From the human T2T-CHM13v2.0 reference genome, Homo sapiens: a stretch of 64,000 nt of DNA. This document shows, piece by piece, positions 22,001 to 45,140 of this stretch. Below the pieces are notes generated by a model. It saw only the letters and a list, made by a program, of their open reading frames with translations. It was not told the DNA's origin and ran no database searches. The position numbers and the translations under genes were made by a program. The stretch lies in NCBI RefSeq assembly GCF_009914755.1, contig NC_060927.1. One strand, given 5' to 3'. Every line of letters begins with the position of its first letter. The first letter of the stretch is position 1.

Positions 22001-22874
22001 TAAGTTGTCATTCTCACTCAGTTTTTCTAATACCCTTCTTTCAGTTTTGTGCTTGCGGGTTTCTTTATCTTTCTCAAAATTTACTATTTGCTTTTCTTGG
22101 TATTCTTCACTTCAGAGATTTCATACTTTATTCTCATGGGTCCATTGTGTGCTGATGATTTTGCAGGCATCTAATAAAAGACTGTCTTCAGGCTTCTCTG
22201 TAAATTGCTAGAAGCTTACATTTGTAGTTGTGAATGAATTTTAAGGCTTACTTTGTCGTCCCAAAGGGGTCTTGGTATTCTGTGGAAAAGAATGTCTTCC
22301 ATTCGCTGAACTACTTCATGCTTGTTTTCTGTCTATAGCATCCAAAAACGCCTCTGAATGTGTGCTCTCACTAGCTTACATTCTATGTATCAAGCTTCCA
22401 GCAGACTCTTTCATCTTGATGTCTCATTATAACTTCTGAATTTATCATGAAAAACCCAATCGTTCTCTCCAGTAACTTTGTCAATCTTATCCTAGCCACA
22501 CACTTGACGTTCCCTGTCAGTGGTACCCCCAATCTCTTGGTCACCAAGGTTAATGTGTTTTTTTAATTCCTGCATCTCTATTGCCTCTGTACCCAAAAGT
22601 TATCGTATCCTTTTTAAGACATCCTTCGATGTTTTTGTGATTTCAACTCCCTCCCCATTCTTATTACCATCCCTCTTATCTCAAAATTCATCCATATAAT
22701 CTGGATAGTTAGATTATTTGGTTTGGAATGACATTTGAAAAATATTAAGAACTTAAAATATTTTTATGTTAGGAAAATATCTTTAAATCGTTATAGGTAC
22801 AACTAGGTGTTAGAAATATAATGTACTACGCAAAGCATTTCCCATTATAACTCTGATACAAATGTTCTCAACAG

Positions 22875-23051
22875 GCAATGAACACCAGGGAAAGTGGCAA
22901 AGCTTCATCCAGTCTAGGTCTTCAGGATTTTGATTTGCTCCGGGTAATAGGAAGAGGAAGTTATGCCAAAGTACTGTTGGTTCGATTAAAAAAAACAGAT
23001 CGTATTTATGCAATGAAAGTTGTGAAAAAAGAGCTTGTTAATGATGATGAG
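22875..23051 (+). CDS. PRKCI: PRKCI exon 9 (177 nt), kinase N-lobe with GRGSYA loop and catalytic Lys283
   Basis: caacag|GCAATG...GATGAG|gtaag; [59 protein letters not shown]. Confidence 0.98.
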
Positions 23052-23055
23052 GTAA

Positions 23056-23397
<342 letters not shown>

Positions 23398-23813
23398 AAG
23401 AGTACTATTTTAAAGAAAACCTCTATGTTTGTGCTTTATTATCTCATTCTGCTTTTCTAAATATGTGCTAAGTAAATGAAATATATTATTTCGGTTTACT
23501 TTTCTTATAGATGGTATAAGATATTTAAAGTAATTTGATTATTAGATTTTTTTAAAAAAACAAAAATCAAACCACATTATTATCAGGAGAAATACTTGAG
23601 CTTTGTAAAAGTTTTCTAGACAGTTTTATAATACTGAAAGATTGACTAGTGTTATTTTTCTCTTTGTATGTAAATTTTCGTTTCATGATTATCAATGGTT
23701 TTGATATTTAGCCTAGTTAACCATTGCATTTGTGACCATTGAATTGCTCAGAGCAAATTTATCATTAATTGTGATATCAGTTTGACATAGATTTCTTACA
23801 TGTTTCAAAATAG

Positions 23814-23911
23814 GATATTGATTGGGTACAGACAGAGAAGCATGTGTTTGAGCAGGCATCCAATCATCCTTTCCTTGTTGGGCTGCATTCTTGCTTTCAG
23901 ACAGAAAGCAG
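23814..23911 (+). CDS. PRKCI: PRKCI exon 10 (98 nt), helix C region
   Basis: aaatag|GATATT...AGCAG|gtaag; [32 protein letters not shown]. Confidence 0.97.
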
Positions 23912-24529
23912 GTAAGATTGAAAGATAGTAGAATGATTACTGGGCTTCATATTTTTGGTCATATTACACAGTTAGAACCTTTCTGCCCTAATTCATGAAG
24001 TTGATATCATGGAGGATGCAACAGTGTTAGGCTTATAACTTCCTGCTAATAATACTGCCATCAGTGATATCAGTTGGATATTAGATCAGCATTAGGAAAT
24101 GACCTACTTTAGGCAGAACAGGAAATAGCCATGTCGTAATTATGGCAGTAGAAATCCAACCTTTTAAATATCCCCAGTATTCTAGTTTTATGACTTAAAA
24201 TTTTCTAGCATTTAACAAGGAGGAAAAATACCTTGACAGTCGAAAATGACTTATTTAGCAAATGCTAAAATTAGGATGGTAATGAGTGGCTCTGGATTGC
24301 AAGTGGTACTACTTTAGAACAGAAGTAGTAGGTTACAAAATTATTATCATGCTGGTTTACTTTCTCGTATGTTCCGTACCCTAGATACCCTTTGTTTCCA
24401 CCAAAATTTTGGCATCTTTTTAAAGGCTAAATAGTAGAGAATGCTCTCTGTTGTGATGGTTTCTGAAAATGCAAAGTTACACTACCTTATTTTGGATCTT
24501 GATTTCATGGGTTCTCTCCTGTGTTTTAG

Positions 24530-24616
24530 ATTGTTCTTTGTTATAGAGTATGTAAATGGAGGAGACCTAATGTTTCATATGCAGCGACAAAGAAAACTTC
24601 CTGAAGAACATGCCAG
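24530..24616 (+). CDS. PRKCI: PRKCI exon 11 (87 nt), kinase hinge
   Basis: ttttag|ATTGTTC...GCCAG|gtgag; [29 protein letters not shown]. Confidence 0.97.
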
Positions 24617-25062
24617 GTGAGTTTTTGTTTACTGTTTGTGTTGTTTTCTTTTTGGGGCCATGTGGCTTTTTATGTGCAGTGGTTGGAAACAGTAGATAAA
24701 TAATTTATTTTGATACTAGTTAATTATTTGTAAGTCATGCAGAGGCTGAGCTAAAAGTTAATTTACATTATATATATGTAAAACAATTATATATTCTTTT
24801 ACATTTATACACATACATGTACATACACATGCACACAGTGCTTCCTAAGCAATTGAAAAGTGTGAACAGTATTAAAAGGCAAACCTTTAGTCTGCTAAAA
24901 CCAATCCTTTTCAAATATTATGTCTATGTAGCATCAGCCATTTAAATAATTGAGACTAATAAACACTTATTAGTCTTTTCAGGTTTGTAGTGGTCTCTCA
25001 GAGAGTTCTTCACGATAAGAGTGCTATTCATACATACTTGAGAGTAATTAAACGATCCCTCT

Positions 25063-25778
<716 letters not shown>

Positions 25779-27067
25779 TTAATTTTGTGCCCTTAATTTG
25801 ATATTAATATACAAGACTGTAAATTGTTTATGTGTTGGATGGAGGAGATAGGTGGGAAGGGATCATGGCCTTGAGTAAAAAGTTTAATCCATCAGTACCA
25901 TGTTTTGTTTCTTATCCGTAATCAGCAGTAATTCTCACCCTTTCCTACTTCACAAGAGTAATGCCAAAATGAAGCATGTGAGTTTGTATATGTATGTTAT
26001 TATCATGCAGGGAATAAATATTAGAAATTTCATTTAAATTAAAAACTTGTAGAAAATTTGCTACTTCATTATTGCTTGTCAAAAATTTCATAAGAAGATA
26101 TAAATTGTACTTGTCTAATCTTGAGGCCAACCTGGGTTTTTTGTTTATTTGGGTTTTTTTGTTGTTGTTTTGGTGTTCATTTATGTTCATTGTGTATTTA
26201 TGCCTTATCAAATGGTCACCCTTCATAGAGCCACAGATGATATTTTGAATTGTGAACATAGCCAATATTTGTTCCTTGTTTGTTCAGTTGAATGTGGGAA
26301 AGCTAGTCTGGTTTTTACTATATTAATGTGCCAGTTTTGGTTTTATACCATCTTTGCTTTTGTAAGAACTAAAGCCCAGGACAAGGGCTTAAGTTCCCAA
26401 ATCACGGAATTAAGTAGCTAGGAGGTGTATGTTACGTACCTCCACACATGATCATGATAATGTGCCACCAAAGCAGCCATACATCAGCTCAGGCATTCCA
26501 TTTTCATTATTCAGGCCAAAAGTTCTGGGTTGTCACCAGTGAGTTGGTAGCAGTTTTTTTAAGTTCTTCATTTAATATTAAATTTTACAGTTGTTTATAG
26601 TTGTAGAATATTTTCATTTAATTCCTTTTCTAAAACCTTCATGAGGATTTTATAGTATTGAGTAGTCAGCTTGTAGTATTCTTTCTATTCTCGACCCCAT
26701 TAGTGGTTCTTAGCCTTCTCGGAGGATCACGGGTCCCTTAGAGAAGTGATGAAAGCTTTGAGGACTCTGTAGATACTGTGCATGTACATACGGGCATACA
26801 CCTTTGCCCCCAGTTGTAGAAGTATGGACTGCCTGAAGTTCACCCAAGGACCCAGATTGAGAACCCCTGTTTGAGACTATCAAATTAATAGCTTTATGAA
26901 AAATGTGAGTTTAAGTTAGACAGGAACTTTTACAATTGTGTCTTGGGCTCAGATGTTTTAAAGTGGTACTTCAGTTCATTTTTCAAATTTGTTCCTAAAA
27001 TCACTGGGAGAAAAAAATATGTTTTAATATGAATTTTTGTGTTTCCAGTTGTAAATGTAGAACTTAA

Positions 27068-27259
<192 letters not shown>

Positions 27260-27658
27260 TAGTTATTTTAAAAGGTCTTCAGCAGCTAGTAGTCTTTGTA
27301 AAATAACTTCATGTTTAAAGATGAGGAAATGATTACTAATTTTGCTAATTTACTTAAGCTTTGTGGAATTCTAGCACAAAGACAAATGTACTTTTTTTCT
27401 AACCATTTGCAAAATTTGTATCTTCTGTGTTATGTGTACTACAATAAGAGCTAATTTCTTTTTATTATACATAACTTTTTATCTTGAAAGTTGAAATACA
27501 ATTGAAGACAATTTGGAAATAAAAATTGTCTGCAATTCCACTACTTAACACAACCATTTGCATATGACCTTCCAATTTTTGCCATTTAGTAGTGAATCTT
27601 ATATAATGCATTCAGGATTTTCCTCAGAAGTCAAACATTTTTTATATTTAAATTTTAA

Positions 27659-28026
<368 letters not shown>

Positions 28027-28107
28027 TATTTCTTGATGTTTTATTCTTTTATAACAGTGTTCCATTTTAAATGTCTGATATTTTCCCACTAAATGTGTAA
28101 GGAACTA

Positions 28108-29659
<1,552 letters not shown>

Positions 29660-29709
29660 AGCAAGCCACCACGCCCGACTGAAGATATTTGTAAAAAATA
29701 CATAACACA

Positions 29710-31440
<1,731 letters not shown>

Positions 31441-32140
31441 CTTATGAGAAATTAACCCTCCAAAAGTTTGAATGCTCTTTTATGACTTAGTGTCAATATT
31501 TAACTTACCTGAAGCTTGACTTCATGCAAGTGTTGGATGAATTTCTTTATAAAGATTGCAGAGGATAGTGATGAAAACTTGAATTAGTATCTTTAGAGTT
31601 ATGTTTGAAATATTTTATGAACGTTGATTTTATTAAGTGGCAGCCTTTCGTGGTTTTATGAACTGATGTGCCTTTAAGTGTTTTTTTCATCAACAGAGGA
31701 ATTCTAATAATATCTGTTATGCTGCAGAAAACTTAGCAAATGGACCTACATTCTGACATTCAGTCAACAAGTGAATGATTAAGCATAGCTGTTACAAGTT
31801 AACAGACTACATCTCTTACCTCTGACTATTGTACTGAAAGTACATGTCATTTTTCATGAGAATGTATTGCCGTTGCCAATAATAGAAAACAATAAAAACC
31901 ATATTCATATTTCTAAAAATAGCATATAATATCCCTTTTAGAAATCATTTTAAAATTCTTGGAGTCACAACATATTACTAAATATTTCTTCTAGATGTTT
32001 ATAGCAGTGTTATATATAACAGGGTGAAATTTGAAGAAAAATATGTTCACCATGCCCAGAATGTCTCTGGAGGGCCACATAATAGTGGTTGCCTCTAGGG
32101 AGCTGGAACTGGGTGAGTCAGGGACAAGAATGGAAGGAAG

Positions 32141-32839
<699 letters not shown>

Positions 32840-33503
32840 TCATATAGTTGTTAATATTAGAAAGTCTTCGGTTGTGTAGGAAATGCTTACAAAGTTTTAA
32901 AACATGCTTAATTATGTATGATTCAGTTGTCTTTAGACTTTTTTATTGTTGATTTTTTTTTTATTTGCCTTTTGGCCAGAGAATGGTTTGAATATTAGTT
33001 CATTGGAATACATTGAGATTTCCTTTATGACCTAATATATGGCCAGTAGCCCATGTGTACTTAAAAGGATATATAATCTTTACATGCAGGGAGTCTCTCT
33101 CTCTAATGTCTCTCTTCCTTCTCCCTCACTCCACACACACATATAGACGTACATATATTCTACATGTATATGTATTTTGTATATATATATATATATTTTA
33201 ACTCTAGCTTTTTTCCAAATCTTTCTCTGCCTACTGATTTTTAGTATGTGTGATCTATCATTTTCTAATATAGATTATTCTCATATTAACTTCTCCTATT
33301 ATGATTGGAGATTGTGAAATTCTCCTAATAATTTTGTCCTTTTTTACTCTTTGTATTTTGAGGCCATGTTGTTGAGTGTATGCAAGTGTATATTTGTTAC
33401 AATTTCTTGGTGATTGTCCCATTAATTATTGGGTAGTTCCTTTACTCTGCCTGTTAGTGTGTTTTGCCTTATTTTTTTTCCATCCTACAGCTATTAAAAT
33501 ACA

Positions 33504-34391
<888 letters not shown>

Positions 34392-34497
34392 TTAATGTAT
34401 CACTGCAGATGCTGAACTTATATGATAGGTGAAATAGAAAGGGTGAATTTAAAACAGAACTTTTTATCTCATTCTTTCTTTCTGTTCTTTTTAATAA

Positions 34498-34596
<99 letters not shown>

Positions 34597-34638
34597 TAAA
34601 TTGGTGGTATTATTTTAGCTATTGCTAGATGGGTGGTA

Positions 34639-34679
34639 AAATGTGGTACCAATTGCATTACAGTACACTAATGCATTTT
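34639..34679 (+). repeat. Dispersed ~41-bp direct repeat, copy 2
   Basis: aaatgtggtaccaattgcattacagtacactaatgcatttt. Confidence 0.9.
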
Positions 34680-34809
34680 GACGTGATCTTATTAATATAA
34701 GGATTCTTGATCCTGTTAAAAACTACATGGAGAGTCCCAGACTTTGAAATCGAGACAGTGGGACCTTGGCAGTATTTGGGGGTACCAAGCTGAATAATAT
34801 TTTATTAGT

Positions 34810-35000
34810 GGCAAACACTAAACAGTAGCAGGCACTATTCTAAGCAGTTTACATATATTAACTAAGTTAATCCTCTTAACAACCCTGTGAGGTAAGTACT
34901 ATTAATTCTCCTTTTACAGTTGAAGAAACTGACATACGGAAAGTTTAAATAACTCGCCTAAGGTCAAGGATTCAGAACAGCACCCATGTGACTCCAGAGT
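34810..35000 (-). mobile_element. MIR
   Basis: aatcctcttaacaaccctgtgaggtaagtactatt...cgcctaaggtca. Confidence 0.75.
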
Positions 35001-35257
35001 CATGAACCCCTGGAAAATTTTTCAGATTTCCTGGGATATTTGCCCCAGGAATCTGAAAGATGGTGGAAAGATTAACTGTATCTCAGGCACCCGAAGATAC
35101 ACTTATCTTGAGAAAACATTTGACTTTTTGGGTTTTGGCCCTCTGCCTTCAGCAGATATAAAGGACAATGTGGTACTTGTGAGAGCTGCTCAAAGTCTGA
35201 ATCCACTGTCCTTCACTGGTCTTTATCAGCTAGCAAAAGATCAAGTTTAAGACCAAG

Positions 35258-35824
<567 letters not shown>

Positions 35825-36029
35825 TTATTTTTAAAATTATCTTTTAGGTACCTACCCTTGTTGATAAATGAAGCATTTCTATAATCTTCAGTGCCTACCA
35901 TGATAGTTGGAATGCATTTAGAGTTTACTTTTTCATTGTTTCTTTTTCCTTTATGTGATAAAATTTCCAGTTACTAACTTTCAAGAATGCAAAGTGTATA
36001 ATTTATTGCTTTAAAATTTCTTTCTGAAG

Positions 36030-36155
36030 GTTTCAGTGTTGACTGGTGGGCTCTTGGAGTGCTCATGTTTGAGATGATGGCAGGAAGGTCTCCATTTGAT
36101 ATTGTTGGGAGCTCCGATAACCCTGACCAGAACACAGAGGATTATCTCTTCCAAG
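36030..36155 (+). CDS. PRKCI: PRKCI exon 14 (126 nt), helix F
   Basis: ctgaag|GTTTCAGT...TTCCAAG|gtaat; [42 protein letters not shown]. Confidence 0.97.
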
Positions 36156-36292
36156 GTAATTTGGAGTATTTTACAGAGATTCTCTGAGAAAAACCTATTC
36201 TAGAGTACAAATGAGAGTGATTCAGGTTACTACTTTGAGTAAGAAAAATGAGCATAATCTGGAAAATATAATCCTGACTGGTGGTATTAGGT

Positions 36293-36628
36293 TTTGTTGT
36301 TGTTTTTGTTTGTTTTTGAGACAAGGTCTCACTCTTTTGCCCAGGCTGGAGTGCAGGGGCGCAATCTCGGCTCCATGCAACCTCCACCTCCCTGGTTCAA
36401 GCAATTCTTCTGCCTCAGCCTCCCGAGTAACTGGGATTACAGGCACACTCCCGAGTAACTGGGATTACAGGCACACACCACTATGCCCGGCTAAATTTTG
36501 TATTTTTAGTAGAGACAGGGTCTCACCATGTTGGCCAGGCTGGTCTTGAACTCCTGACTTCAAGTGATCTGCCCACCTCAGCCTCCCCAGCATGCTGAGA
36601 TTACAGGCATGAGCCACTGCACCTGGCC
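36293..36628 (-). mobile_element. Alu with internal 28-nt tandem duplication
   Basis: Antisense dimer; TSD gtattaggttttg. Confidence 0.9.
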
Positions 36629-37029
36629 TCTGTGTATTAGGTTTTGATGTTTTTTAATACATTCTTTCTTTTCTATAGTCTTCACTCCTGTTCACAGTTA
36701 CCTTCTCATACTCAAAATCATAACAGGGGTTATTTAGAATTATCCATCACAAACAGATTGGAGAAAGGAATCCTGTGGCTAGAGAGATAATCTTTACACA
36801 GGGACCCTGAGGCTGAGTGCATAAGTTCAAGAACAGTATGAGGGGAAAATAGAGCACCAAGATGATGAGTGATCAAAAGATGGGGAAAAAAGGCCCCACA
36901 TCAGGGAATATACAGAATTGACAGAAACAAGCAGACAAGTGCAGGGACCTCTAGCACAGAATCCAAAGAAGTATGAAAACTACTATAAAATTCTACATTT
37001 AATAATTAAAGCCATCACAGGATATAAAT

Positions 37030-37395
37030 AGGCATTTCATGCCCAAATGGCCATGGAATATGTGAAAAGACATTCAGTCTCACTAGCAATTAAGGGAATG
37101 CACATTAAATGTTAATGAGTTACCATTTCATATCGGTACATTTGATCAAAATATTAAAGTTGGGTAATACCAGTGCTGGTGAGGATGTGGAGCAACTGGA
37201 ACTCTTCTAGACTGCTGGTAGGAATGAAAACTGACACAACAGCTTTAAAGAATAATTTGGCAGTGTCCAAAAAAATTGCATATTATATATGCTAAGCATT
37301 TTACAAATGTTAACTCATTTAAACCTCATAACAATCCTATGAAGTATTTTTTTATTCCTATTTTACAGATGAGGAAACTGAGGCATAATTAGGTA
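37030..37395. mobile_element. Old L1 fragment (+, ~37030-37270) followed by a MIR fragment
   Basis: gtgctggtgaggatgtggagcaactggaactct (L1); tttacagatgaggaaactgaggca (MIR). Confidence 0.7.
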
Positions 37396-37574
37396 GTCAA
37401 AGAATAAGACATTCATGTAAATGATAAATAGTATTCAGATTAGAGGCTTTCTCTGAGAAGATGGGAAAAGAAGGGGTTTAGGAAAGTACAGGAGGCACTT
37501 CAGTTATATATGTAATATCTTATTTTTTTTCCTGGAATGCCTTAAATATCTTATAATAAAAATTTAAAGATTGC

Positions 37575-38505
<931 letters not shown>

Positions 38506-38557
38506 GATTAAAGCCATGTAAAAGTTAAATATAATACTATAATTTTTATCTTTCTAG

Positions 38558-38637
38558 TTATTTTGGAAAAACAAATTCGCATACCACGTTCTCTGTCTGT
38601 AAAAGCTGCAAGTGTTCTGAAGAGTTTTCTTAATAAG
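38558..38637 (+). CDS. PRKCI: PRKCI exon 15 (80 nt), RIPR motif
   Basis: ttctag|TTATTTTG...AATAAG|gtataa; [27 protein letters not shown]. Confidence 0.97.
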
Positions 38638-39950
38638 GTATAAATTGTGTATAAGAATATTTTGTGATTTGTCTCTTTCTATATATATCAAACTGGTCAG
38701 TAGCGGTTTGGGAAATGTAAAATTCCAAAACAGTAGAGAATGTAACTTTTTCAGTTTGACCCAGAATTTGTCTCTTACCCAAAGAGTAATTGACAGCATT
38801 AGATCCTGAGATAAGTTAGTTGTCCTTTCCATTTTGGCAATAAAATTTACTCCCCAGCTATATATTACATAATTTTTGTGTATGTGTAAATAATATATAC
38901 CATATTCTCACATAGGGGAAGAGTTAATCTTTGGGTTTAGCCATAATTGTACTTTGAACTCTGTTTCCATTTTCTCTGTATCATTATCCATAGAATCTAT
39001 TTATTACCATGTACTTTTTGAGCACGTGGGCCGCAGTGCTCCCTACAAATTCTCATGTCAAAAATGCTATAATTAGGTAAGATTCGGAAGAAATGAAATG
39101 CTATCTTTGGCTCTTAAAAATGTGAACATCATTCAATTGTTTGTTGCTGTTGGTAGGCTAGAGGAGTTTTAGGATCTAGGAGTGTGGTCTTGGCAATTAT
39201 AAATTCTACTTTAAATAAATGGTATGATAGAAAAGTTGATGTACATTTACCTTCTAAGGTAAATAGATAAGATAATGAGTTTTAATAAAATAAGAAATTG
39301 AAGCCTTTTAAAAAATGAACAATTTATGTGAGGAAAGATTTAAACTTGAAACCTAATTTTTCACATAGTGAAAAATGAAGGCAAGAGGTGTTGATATGCA
39401 AAATAAAATACCTTTTATCAGAAAGAAAAATGGGAACATATTCTCATTCATAGTGATGAATAAGCCAAGACTTTTTATAAGTTGCAGGCTCCTCAGTCCA
39501 GTGATTCAGATAATGGTTGTATCATTGTCTTACACAGGTGGTGGTTTGTTGCTATAATTGGGCATGGGGATTTTAAATTAAGCTAAAAACAAACTTCTCA
39601 TGAAGTTTGGAGGTTTGCATGTTTTGACTCTCACACTAGGTCATGCAAAGAAATGGCTGGGTGCTGTCAAATGATTCTGCTGTTCTCTTTTTCCTCCTGT
39701 TTTTCTTTAGCAAGGAATTGGTGATGATTCTCTGTTTTAATTACATGATGGGTGGAGAAAGTGCCTTGAGGAATCACAAGTTTCAAATAACTCAATTTGT
39801 TCTGGAGTTGTACTTTCTAGAAATAAAAGGTAGACCATTCCAACTTCAGAAATAAGAGTATCATGTGAGGGCACACAACACAGATCACAAAGATGATTTA
39901 TTTTAAAGCATGACATTCACCCAATTCTTGAAACATTTCTTTCACCATAG

Positions 39951-40040
39951 GACCCTAAGGAACGATTGGGTTGTCATCCTCAAACAGGATTTGCTGATAT
40001 TCAGGGACACCCGTTCTTCCGAAATGTTGATTGGGATATG
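39951..40040 (+). CDS. PRKCI: PRKCI exon 16 (90 nt)
   Basis: ccatag|GACCCT...GATATG|gtatgt; [30 protein letters not shown]. Confidence 0.97.
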
Positions 40041-40094
40041 GTATGTAAATTTTGATTACTCAACTATTAGGTTTCATTATTATCTTGGGCCAAT

Positions 40095-41488
<1,394 letters not shown>

Positions 41489-41641
41489 ATATTTGTAAAT
41501 TATGTTCATCATTGCTAATATCATTGAACCATGCTTCAGGACTCACTTTAATAAGGTAAACAATGAGTGCAGAGGAGAACTGTAGAGGTGGAGTTTTTCT
41601 AAGAATACAGACTTGAGCTGTCATCCAGTATGTCTTTTCAG

Positions 41642-41757
41642 ATGGAGCAAAAACAGGTGGTACCTCCCTTTAAACCAAATATTTCTGGGGAATTTGGTTT
41701 GGACAACTTTGATTCTCAGTTTACTAATGAACCTGTCCAGCTCACTCCAGATGACGA
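41642..41757 (+). CDS. PRKCI: PRKCI exon 17 (116 nt), AGC C-tail with NFD and turn motif Thr564
   Basis: tttcag|ATGGAG...GACGA|gtaagt; [38 protein letters not shown]. Confidence 0.97.
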
Positions 41758-41778
41758 GTAAGTAATTCTGTACACTGA

Positions 41779-42173
<395 letters not shown>

Positions 42174-42269
42174 TATACTATAATTTATACAACCATTCAG
42201 TTACTGGTATTTGTATCTACTGTACCATTATAAGTTTTAATAGTAACTGTCATTTTCTCCTTTGCTTTA

Positions 42270-42450
42270 TAGTGCATTATCTTATTTTCACAACAACTTT
42301 GTAATCTAGTTACTGTCATCTTCGTTTTACAGATGAGGAAACCAAGGCTCAGAGAGGTTAAGCAAAGTTACACAGCTATCAGGTGGCAGAGTCAGGATTC
42401 AAACCCAAATCTGACTGACTAAGGCCTGTGCTCTTTCTACCACACTGCAC
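42270..42450 (-). mobile_element. MIR
   Basis: ttttacagatgaggaaaccaaggctcagagaggttaag...caggattcaaacccaaatctg. Confidence 0.8.
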
Positions 42451-43399
42451 TGTTTCCCATTTGACAAAGACTGTCTTTGAGTTCCTGAGTATTGCCTTAA
42501 GATAGATTCCTAGAAAGAGAATTAGGTCAGAGGGTATTAACATTTTAAAGCTCTTGTATTGCCAAATTGCTTTTTTTAAGAAATTACATTGAGTTATTAA
42601 ATCCAGCCATCAGTGATCTGGTATATTTTTTGTGCTTATACTTCATCTTTTAAACATGTAGTTTGGAATAATTGGGAGATATTTTGATTATTTACCTGTT
42701 GTTACAGATTCATTCTCTCTAATCTCAGGGAGGCCCTTATTGTTTGGCAGTCATTTCACTTCTATCTCATTTCTTACCACATTTCTCCCAGCACCTGCTC
42801 CAAACAGTCTCTTCATTTCAGAAGCCTTCAGTTCTACTCCTTTTTCCATCACTGTTAATGGATTAACCTTGTCTTAATTTGATGCAAGGACTGATAACCT
42901 CTCTGACGTGACCTTGCCTCCTTTGCAGCTGTCCCCAGACCACCTTGCATCTCAGAATTGCTTTCTAACTCTTTTCATCATTTTCTTATTCCCTACTCTT
43001 GGAAGACTCTCCTTTACAAGGGGTGTCCCTGCTATTTTCCTAGACCTGTTTCCTTAGTTTTCTCCAAGATTTCATTTTGTCAGTTATCTTTTTATTAGAC
43101 CTTCTTTATTTTTTTCTAGCTTGTTTCCCTCTGTGTAAGCATGCTCAGATACTCTGATTTTTCCCCCTAACTCATGGCCCCTCTTTGAACAACCACGTTT
43201 TTCCTCATTTTCATTTCATCTTAAAGCCTCAAAAAAAAAAAAGTTAATAGATGTTCATGGTCAAAGAAAAATAAATACACAGCACCTCTAATCAAACTTC
43301 TTCAGACTAGTCAACATTGATTGTCTTGAATTTTTTTTTTTTTTTTTTTACTGTCAGCACTTCAACCCCTTACAATCGAACCTGTCCTCCAGCTTTTGA

Positions 43400-45140
43400 A
43401 GGTTGAATCAATTTCTTAATTTCTAAATTGTAAAGCATTTTGGGGTCAGTCCTCCTCTCCCTTGATTAATGTAAAGCATTTGGTACTCATGGCTTTGCCT
43501 TGGGTAGCACTGCCTATTCTGGTTCTGTTTCATCTCTGTGACTACTTTCCTCTCATGTGTTTTCCCTGTCCCCTTGAGACCAGGATGCTCCATGGTTCTG
43601 TTCATGACAGCCTTCTTTTTGCTATATGCAGTTTGTACCTTGGAGATTTCAGCCAGCCCTGTAGCATAGATACCAGCTAATTAAATGGCTCTCAGTTAAA
43701 TGGCAAATGGTTATTGAGCAAAAGGTGTTATGGTAAATACTAGACATTCAAAGACAATCAAGACAGTCTGATCTCCCCAAAAGCGTGCTGTCTACTAGAG
43801 GAGAAAGATGTGTACCAAGTCATTATTTCTGACAGCATTGTGTATTAGAAGGAACACTGGATTTAATCAAAAGATAGGAGTTTGAATCCCGATGCCACCT
43901 CTTACCAACTGGGTAACCTTGGATAGGAATTGCATAACTTCTCTGAGCCTGTTCTCAAATTGCCTACCTCATAAGGTTGCTGTGAAGAATAAATGCATGA
44001 TGGTTTCTGAAGCACTTATCCCCTGCCGTTAGATCTCCTGAGCTGCATTTCTGTTTAACACGGCCCCCAGTTTGTCAGCCAAGCAGCTCAAATATATGAA
44101 GTCTAAAATGAAAGTAATGACCCTTTATGATCTCTTTCTATTGTTCTCAATCAGTTCCTTTTTTTTTAGTTACCTAATTCTGCTCACGGTGTGTCCCTGT
44201 TGTTCAGATTCCAGATGTCAGTGATTGTGGACTCCTCCTTTTTCTTAACAGATTACATAATACCTGCAGCTGCCAAGTCTTTGTCTGTGTTTTCATTATT
44301 TCATCATTTACATCAGATCTTTCTTTTCTCTTCCCGTTGACACACCCTAGTTCAGGCCTCATTCAAGTCATACCCAGAGTATTGTATCAGCCTCCTAATT
44401 GATCTTTACTCCTTCACTTTGCAACCTATTCTGTATGCCTTGTGAAGTACCACTCCAATTCTTGAACCCCTTTAATTAGAAACCTTCAGTAACTCCTTCA
44501 TTGCCTATCAGGTAACATCTATCCTCTTGGCTAGCATTTAAGGCCTCCCCACATCTGCTCCAGCCTGACTTTCTAGCGATACCTCTCACCATAATACAAA
44601 CAGTGTTCTGATCAGTCTTAGCTACTCACCATTCCCTAGTAGTATTATTGTCTCTGCTTCTGCCTGTTCATTCCTGTGTATCCCGCCTTCATTTTTACCT
44701 ATTGAAATTTTCCCATCTTTCAGAGCCACCTCAGATGCAACCAGATCTTTGATGGATCAAGGTGAAACTCCTTAGTGTAAACATCACTGGCCTCTTTGAT
44801 TTAGCCATTATTTTTCTTCAGCATCATCTAACACACTTCTATTCCTGTGCTCCACCCTAATTACTTGCATTTCCCAAGACCTACCACAGTCTTTCATCAT
44901 TCCATTCATTAAGTGTTTGCAGAATGAATACTGCCTTCCTTGATTTCTCCAACTAGAAGTCACACCTTTCTTTAGAACCATGGTTAGAACAGGACTTAGC
45001 TTATTGTGTATAAAATTTAACAAGTACTGCTTTCTCTTCCAGTAGGAATTACCTCCCTTCCTTGAAGGAAGGGACTGTATCCTCTGTAACTTTGTGCTTC
45101 TTAGTATGGCATAATACATTTATGTATTAAATATTTGATA
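43400..45140. mobile_element. Degenerate L2 segments with an intervening MIR (~43830-44020)
   Basis: Pyrimidine-rich L2-like phrases (ttcaggcctcat, tttaaggcctccccacatctgctccagcctgac); boundaries uncertain. Confidence 0.5.

Noticed and set aside
22878-22880. Internal ATG (Met237) giving a PKM-zeta-like catalytic-only isoform
   Set aside because: I see no CpG island or sense promoter in introns 7-8, and the nearby LTR is antisense.
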